From the NCBI GenBank assembly GCA_040758355.1, contig JBFLWF010000010.1, positions 16,908 through 80,907 on the forward strand: DNA of 64,000 nucleotides, given 5' to 3'. Source of the stretch: Nitrospirota bacterium. Its GTDB lineage: Bacteria; Nitrospirota; Thermodesulfovibrionia; Thermodesulfovibrionales; Dissulfurispiraceae. Below are positions 58,688 to 64,000 of the stretch, piece by piece. A program made the position numbers and the translations under genes. Within the stretch, counting starts at the first letter, position 1. Every line of letters begins with the position of its first letter. A model generated the notes under the pieces. It saw only the letters and a list, made by a program, of their open reading frames with translations. It ran no database searches and was not told the DNA's origin.

Positions 58688-61600
58688 CAGAGCGGCAGAG
58701 CAAGAGAGCAACAGAGCAGTAGCTTTAAAGGTCTTTATATTTACTGCTGCTCTGCTGTGCTACTGCACTGCTGCGCTTATTATGGTTTCCACAACAGAGG
58801 GCGCTTCTTTGAATGTCAGCCTTCTCCTCGGAGATAACCACTCAAGGACTGCGATTGAGGCTGTGAAGGCAATAGAGAAGGAATATCCTGAAATGAAGGG
58901 AAAGGTAAACTTCAATGTTTATACAAGTCACGGCATCAGGAATGAAGGCGCTCAGGATAAGGCAATCGCCTTTTCAAAGGTCATATTTATACTCTTCATT
59001 ATGGACAGGCAGGCTGTGGAAATTGCGAGACCGCATATTGAAAATGCGGTGAAAAACGGCGGAAAGGTTTATGGAGTCGGCGGCATTTACAACAAAGAAC
59101 ACAAGGCTATGGGCATCACCGACGACAATACGGTAAAGGCTTATTACAAAGAAAACGGCTTTGAGAATATAAAAAACATGATCCTGTTTGTTATGGACAG
59201 GGACTTAGGGCTTGAGGTCTCTTATAAAATGCCGGTGGCAGTTCCTGATTTTGGAATTTATATAAAGCATGACAAAAGAGTTGTGGAGACCTATGATGAA
59301 TTCTTAAAGTCTTATACTCATAACACGTCACGCATTACGCATTACGATAAATGGATAGGACTCACCTTTAATAAAAGCTCCTTTGACTCAGGCAACATGC
59401 AGCATATAGACGCAGTAATTGAGAGCCTTGAAAGAGAAGGCTTCAATGTCCTGCCTGTCTATGGGTATCCGCCTGAGAAAGCAATAGAGAAATATTTCTT
59501 TGATGAAAGTGGAAAAAGCAGAGTAAGATTTATCGTTGGACTGTCCATGAAGGTCGGCATAAATCCGAAGGTGCTGAATCCTGTTCTTGAGAGAATCAAT
59601 ATCCCTGTCATCAATGCCATTACCCTTTACACAAAATCAAAAGAGGAATGGGAGCAATCGCCTGTAGGCCTTGACATCTTTGAGAGGTCATGGCAGATAG
59701 CCCTGCCGGAGCTTGCCGGCATTATTCAGCCCACTGTTATTGCATCAAAAGAGGAGATGATTGATAAAGAGACAGGAATTGAATACATAGAGGAAAGACC
59801 GATACCGGAAAGGATAAGCAGGCTTACAGACAGAATAAAGGCATGGATAAACCTTCGGGATAAGCAAAACAAAGATAAGAAGATTGCAATCATCTATTAC
59901 AATTATCCGCCCGGAAAACAGAACATTGGAGCTTCATATCTCAATGTGCTGCCGGAGAGCCTGTGGGAGATATTAAATAAATTAAAGGCGGAAGGGTATG
60001 ATGTTGGGGCAATGGAGTTATGGAGTAATGGAGTGTTGGATAAAGAAAGGCTTTTTAACGACATTCATAACTACGCAAGGAACATCGGCAATTGGGCTGC
60101 CGGTGAGATTGACAGGCTTGCAAAGACAGGCAAGCCGATACTGATTCCAATTGACACATATAAAAGGTGGTTTGAAGAACTACCAGATGCTCTTAAAAAG
60201 GCAATTATAAAAGATTGGGGCAAGCCTGAAGACAATAAGGTCATGTCATGGACAGGCGGCAGCGGCACAAAATACATTGTCATTCCTGCTGTGAGATATG
60301 GGAATATCATTTTCACACCACAGCCATCGAGGGGATGGGAACAGGATGTTAAAAAGCTCTACCATGATGTCACCCTTGCGCCGCACCATCAATATGTCGC
60401 TTTTTATTTATGGCTTAAAAATGGCTTTCGGGCAGATGCAATTGCACACATTGGAACTCACGGCACCCATGAATGGCTTTCAGGAAAGGAAGTTGGCTTT
60501 ACGGATGAAGATCCGCCGGAGGCGCTGATACAGGATCTGCCGAATATCTATCCATATATTGTTGACGATGTTGGAGAAGGGCTTCAGGCAAAGAGGAGAG
60601 GCATGGCAGTAATCATTGACCATATGACGCCGCCATTTGATAAGGCAGGAATGAATAAAGAACTGAAAGAGCTTGCAGCCCTTATCAATGACTACAATAC
60701 GGCAAAAGATAAAAGCTCTTCACTTGCTGAGACAAAGCTTGATGATATAAATAAACTCGTAAAAAAGACAGGTGTTTTGACGGATTTAAAACTTAAAGAG
60801 ATAAAGACGGAAGATGAGATCGAAGAAGTCGAGCATCATATAAAGGATATTGCAGAAAAACAGACGCCATTCGGACTTCATACCTTCGGCAAATCACCTG
60901 AAGAAAAATACAGAAAAAGTACGGCAGAGGCGATTTTATCTATTGAAAAAGGGCTGCCGGATGAAGAAAGGAAAAAGAGGATTGCTGATTATGAGCAGAG
61001 GATAATCCGATCTGGACAGAGAGAGCTTGACTCTTTTATTGCAGCGCTTGCCGGCAAATATATCCCCGCCGGTCAGGGCAATGATCCGATAAGAAATCCT
61101 GACTCACTCCCTACAGGCAAGAACTTTTATTCATTCGATCCGACAAGGATACCATCAAAATCTACTTATGAAATGGGTGTGAGGCTCGCAAAGGAGCTCA
61201 TAGAAGGCTATAAGCAAAGGCACGGCATATATCCTGACAAGCTTACATTTAATTTATGGGGAGTAGAAACAATAAGGCATGAAGGCGTGATGGATTCCCA
61301 GATTATGTATCTCATGGGGATAAGACCAAAGTGGGATGATCGTGGAAGGGTTATCGGCGTTGTGGCAATACCGAGAAATGAGCTCGGCAGGGCAAGGATC
61401 GATGTAACTATTGTCCCCTCAGGGCTTTACAGAGATTTGTTCTCCAACCTAATGGCATTGCTCGATAAGTCCGTATCGCTTGCAAAAGAGCAGGGCGAGG
61501 AAGACAATATTTTAAGGGCGAATATTTTAAAGACAAAGAAGATGCTCATGGAAAAAGGAATCTCAGAGGATAAGGCAGAGAGGCTCGCATCTGTTCGTTT

Positions 61601-62711
61601 ATTCACCGTACCTTCAGGCGCTTACGGGACAAATCTTGATAAGGTAATTCCAATGTCAAACACATGGGAAAACGAAAAACAGGTTGCTGATGTCTTCTTC
61701 ATGAGGATGAGTTATATGTATGGACAGGGGTTTTGGGGAGACAAAGTCAGCAATCAGCAATCAGCAGTCAGCAGTCAGGAAGATATAAGTCTGATTCTCT
61801 TTAAGAATGCCCTTTCGGGTTCAAAGATAGCTGTTCACAGCAGGTCGGGCAATGTATATGCAACACTGGACAATGACGACTTCTTTCAGTATCTCGGAGG
61901 CACTGCAATGGCAATCCGTGCAGTTGACGGCAAGACGCCGGAGGTTTATGTTACGAATATGTCCAATCCCAAAATGCCTAAGCAGGAGACTCTCGAAAAA
62001 TTCATGGGCAGGGAGATGAGGGCGAGGTATCTTAATCCTGAATGGATAAAGGCAATGATGAAGGAAGGTTATGCAGGTGCTCGGTTTGTTGATAAGGTTG
62101 TAGAGCATCTCTGGGGATGGCAGGTGACAGTACCCGAGACTGTTGATGCAGCAAAGTGGAATGAGATGTATGAGACCTATGTTCTGGACAGGAACGGATT
62201 AAACATAAAGGATATGTTTAAACAGTCAAAGAATATGTGGGCATATCAATCCATTGTAGCAAGGATGCTTGAGACAGTGAGAAAGGATTACTGGAAGCCT
62301 GATAAGAAGGTCATCGAGACCCTTGCAAAGGAATATGCAGAGAGTGTAAAAGATGTTGGCCTTGCATGCTGCGACCACACATGCAATAACCCAATGCTTA
62401 CAAAATTTACATCTAATGTTTTAATGTCAGTGCCGGGATTGAAAAGTCAGGTGCAGGGCTTTATGAAGGCGCTGGACAAAATTCAGAAGCCAGAGGACAG
62501 AGGACAGAAGACAGATATTGCAAAGAAAGCAACTGATAAACAAAGCATGGCTCCTGATGGAAGCGGCAAAAGAGTGGAAGGCTATGAAATGCAGGATGTG
62601 AGTGCAGCTACTGGTGCATCATCTGCGCCGATACCGTATCTATTTCTCATGGGATTTCTGGTTTTTATTGGACTCATTGCATGGGGATTCAGAAAGAGGG
62701 CTAAACTTTGA
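58674..62711 (+). CDS. CobN/Mg-chelatase-family protein, predicted exported with C-terminal membrane anchor
   Basis: YNYPPGK, HIGTHGTHEW, QAKRRG, LPTGKNFY, RARYLNPEWI, CCDHTCNN; hydrophobic N- and C-termini; start uncertain. Confidence 0.88.
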   Translation: MCRNNRAAEQESNRAVALKVFIFTAALLCYCTAALIMVSTTEGASLNVSLLLGDNHSRTAIEAVKAIEKEYPEMKGKVNFNVYTSHGIRNEGAQDKAIAFSKVIFILFIMDRQAVEIARPHIENAVKNGGKVYGVGGIYNKEHKAMGITDDNTVKAYYKENGFENIKNMILFVMDRDLGLEVSYKMPVAVPDFGIYIKHDKRVVETYDEFLKSYTHNTSRITHYDKWIGLTFNKSSFDSGNMQHIDAVIESLEREGFNVLPVYGYPPEKAIEKYFFDESGKSRVRFIVGLSMKVGINPKVLNPVLERINIPVINAITLYTKSKEEWEQSPVGLDIFERSWQIALPELAGIIQPTVIASKEEMIDKETGIEYIEERPIPERISRLTDRIKAWINLRDKQNKDKKIAIIYYNYPPGKQNIGASYLNVLPESLWEILNKLKAEGYDVGAMELWSNGVLDKERLFNDIHNYARNIGNWAAGEIDRLAKTGKPILIPIDTYKRWFEELPDALKKAIIKDWGKPEDNKVMSWTGGSGTKYIVIPAVRYGNIIFTPQPSRGWEQDVKKLYHDVTLAPHHQYVAFYLWLKNGFRADAIAHIGTHGTHEWLSGKEVGFTDEDPPEALIQDLPNIYPYIVDDVGEGLQAKRRGMAVIIDHMTPPFDKAGMNKELKELAALINDYNTAKDKSSSLAETKLDDINKLVKKTGVLTDLKLKEIKTEDEIEEVEHHIKDIAEKQTPFGLHTFGKSPEEKYRKSTAEAILSIEKGLPDEERKKRIADYEQRIIRSGQRELDSFIAALAGKYIPAGQGNDPIRNPDSLPTGKNFYSFDPTRIPSKSTYEMGVRLAKELIEGYKQRHGIYPDKLTFNLWGVETIRHEGVMDSQIMYLMGIRPKWDDRGRVIGVVAIPRNELGRARIDVTIVPSGLYRDLFSNLMALLDKSVSLAKEQGEEDNILRANILKTKKMLMEKGISEDKAERLASVRLFTVPSGAYGTNLDKVIPMSNTWENEKQVADVFFMRMSYMYGQGFWGDKVSNQQSAVSSQEDISLILFKNALSGSKIAVHSRSGNVYATLDNDDFFQYLGGTAMAIRAVDGKTPEVYVTNMSNPKMPKQETLEKFMGREMRARYLNPEWIKAMMKEGYAGARFVDKVVEHLWGWQVTVPETVDAAKWNEMYETYVLDRNGLNIKDMFKQSKNMWAYQSIVARMLETVRKDYWKPDKKVIETLAKEYAESVKDVGLACCDHTCNNPMLTKFTSNVLMSVPGLKSQVQGFMKALDKIQKPEDRGQKTDIAKKATDKQSMAPDGSGKRVEGYEMQDVSAATGASSAPIPYLFLMGFLVFIGLIAWGFRKRAKL

Positions 62712-62773
62712 AATATGAAAATCGATCCGAAAATCTATCTCTGAAATCAGCGGAGCGGTTTTTACCTGTCAGC

Positions 62774-63097
62774 TTATGACTTATCTGGTTCCTCACGATC
62801 TTGCAGTTTCTTTACAATGGTACGAGGATCACGCGCACAATGAAAAAGCCCAAATACAATGACTTGGCTATTTTCTATCATGAAATAAATAGCATACGGA
62901 AATCTTCTAAGCAGACGGCGACGGAATTTGTTATAAACTTCTGGATAAAGCAGTGGATTTCGAGGAATCTCATTGGCACAGGCATAAAAAACTCGAAGAA
63001 ATTCCTCGCCGAGTCCTGGTGACTTTGCTTCATACCACACATAACTGCCAATAACATCTTCTTCGACTTCGGGAAGAAAACGTAGGTCGTATGTCAT
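62774..63097 (-). CDS. RelE/ParE-family toxin
   Basis: WYEAKSPGLGEEF, RRFPYAIYF, FHCARDP. Confidence 0.88.
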   Translation of the reverse strand: MTYDLRFLPEVEEDVIGSYVWYEAKSPGLGEEFLRVFYACANEIPRNPLLYPEVYNKFRRRLLRRFPYAIYFMIENSQVIVFGLFHCARDPRTIVKKLQDREEPDKS

Positions 63098-63315
63098 TTC
63101 CTTTTTTCTATTCTTGTACGAAGTTCCTCAAGAGATAAAAGGTTTCCAGGAGCATAAGCATAGCTTTTAAGCCTTTTGTCTAACTCCTCCATGTGGCTTT
63201 GAGGAACTGGTATGGCAGACTCATTAGATGCGATGCTATCCCATATGTCCTCAACTAAGAGGATCTTTTCCGGTGTGCTTAATTTAATGATCTCTGGAAT
63301 ATCGCTCACGCGCAC
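63094..63315 (-). CDS. Addiction-module antitoxin (TIGR02574-like)
   Basis: LSTPEKILLVEDIWDSI...ELDKRL; 4-nt overlap with the toxin. Confidence 0.86.
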   Translation of the reverse strand: MRVSDIPEIIKLSTPEKILLVEDIWDSIASNESAIPVPQSHMEELDKRLKSYAYAPGNLLSLEELRTRIEKRK

Positions 63316-63567
63316 TGTTTGTCTCCTCTCTTTGTATTTACTTTAATAATAACATTTCTGGTTTTGTCTGACCACGCCCTAATTGCGGTAAGTTTATGTA
63401 TCATGCGGCCTCCTTGCTATGCTTTTGTATTATTATACACTACACCACCTGAAATCACAGGCGGAGCGAAACAAGTTTCTTGTATTCCATGAATTGTCTC
63501 GTTCCTCTTCAAGAAATAGGGAATGAGTCCCCAGAAATAAAAGGAATGAGACATAAAAATATCCCCC

Positions 63568-64000
63568 TCAAAAATCCAACATCGAGGCAAACGGAAGTAT
63601 AGATCGGGCGCCGATCACTACGGCATTGAGCGGGTCAGGAGCAAGACATACTTTCAATCCGGTTTCTGCTGAGACCCTCTCACGCATACCGGGCAACAGC
63701 GCACCTCCACCCGAGATTACAATACCGCTATCGATAATATCGCAGTACAGTTCGTTCTGTATCTCTCGTAAAAGCGTGGTAACCCCGCTTAGCATGGTTT
63801 TGATAACAGGTTCTATAGAATAGTATAGCTGTGTTGCAGGAAGCCACTTCGTAATCGGGTTATCTTGCTCGTATTCTGGCTCATCGTGGAAGAGAGTGGG
63901 TAAACCGATGGACTTGAAGCGGTATAACATGGCTTCAAATAATGGGGAAAGAGCTTTCAAAGGGGCGAGAAAATCCGTATGATTACCGTATGGGAAAAAA
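63568..64000 (-). CDS. Divergent MreB/actin-like ATPase, C-terminal part (5' end outside window)
   Basis: DIIDSGIVISGGGALLPGM...APDPLNAVVIG; frame open to the window edge. Confidence 0.65.
   Translation of the reverse strand, partial: FFPYGNHTDFLAPLKALSPLFEAMLYRFKSIGLPTLFHDEPEYEQDNPITKWLPATQLYYSIEPVIKTMLSGVTTLLREIQNELYCDIIDSGIVISGGGALLPGMRERVSAETGLKVCLAPDPLNAVVIGARSILPFASMLDF

Noticed and set aside
62732..62790. attC-like hairpin next to the TA pair
   Set aside because: R boxes are degenerate, no second convincing site and no integrase in the window

Overview
Gene-dense chromosomal window from an anaerobic Gram-negative bacterium; the gene content suggests Nitrospirota/Thermodesulfovibrionia or a deltaproteobacterium (inference). 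In order: housekeeping genes (rph, ftsH, folP, a kinase-like gene plus icd, crp-family regulator, HU, argS); a nitrate-to-ammonia cluster (octaheme nitrite reductase, Reeler-like monoheme protein, an oversized NapA, napGH, two napD-like genes); a convergent TAT-exported Psr/Arr-clade molybdoenzyme (B-A-D) under sigma54 promoters with X-S-R and heme-c sensor kinases; a GGDEF protein; a Cus-type Cu/Ag efflux operon; galT; cca; a Ni/Co ECF transporter; a cobalamin-riboswitch-controlled TonB receptor/CobN-like operon; a RelE-type TA pair; and a partial MreB-like gene. Signals the ORF track misses: (1) about 25 short degenerate 7-, 8- and 9-mer tandem arrays lying in frame inside proteins, in a riboswitch and at gene junctions; (2) two probable selenoproteins with in-frame TGA plus SECIS-like hairpins, one an unannotated 55-aa Cys-rich protein; (3) a 168-nt rod-shaped candidate ncRNA; (4) a collapsed chemoreceptor relic. 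All family assignments come from motif recognition, not database searches.
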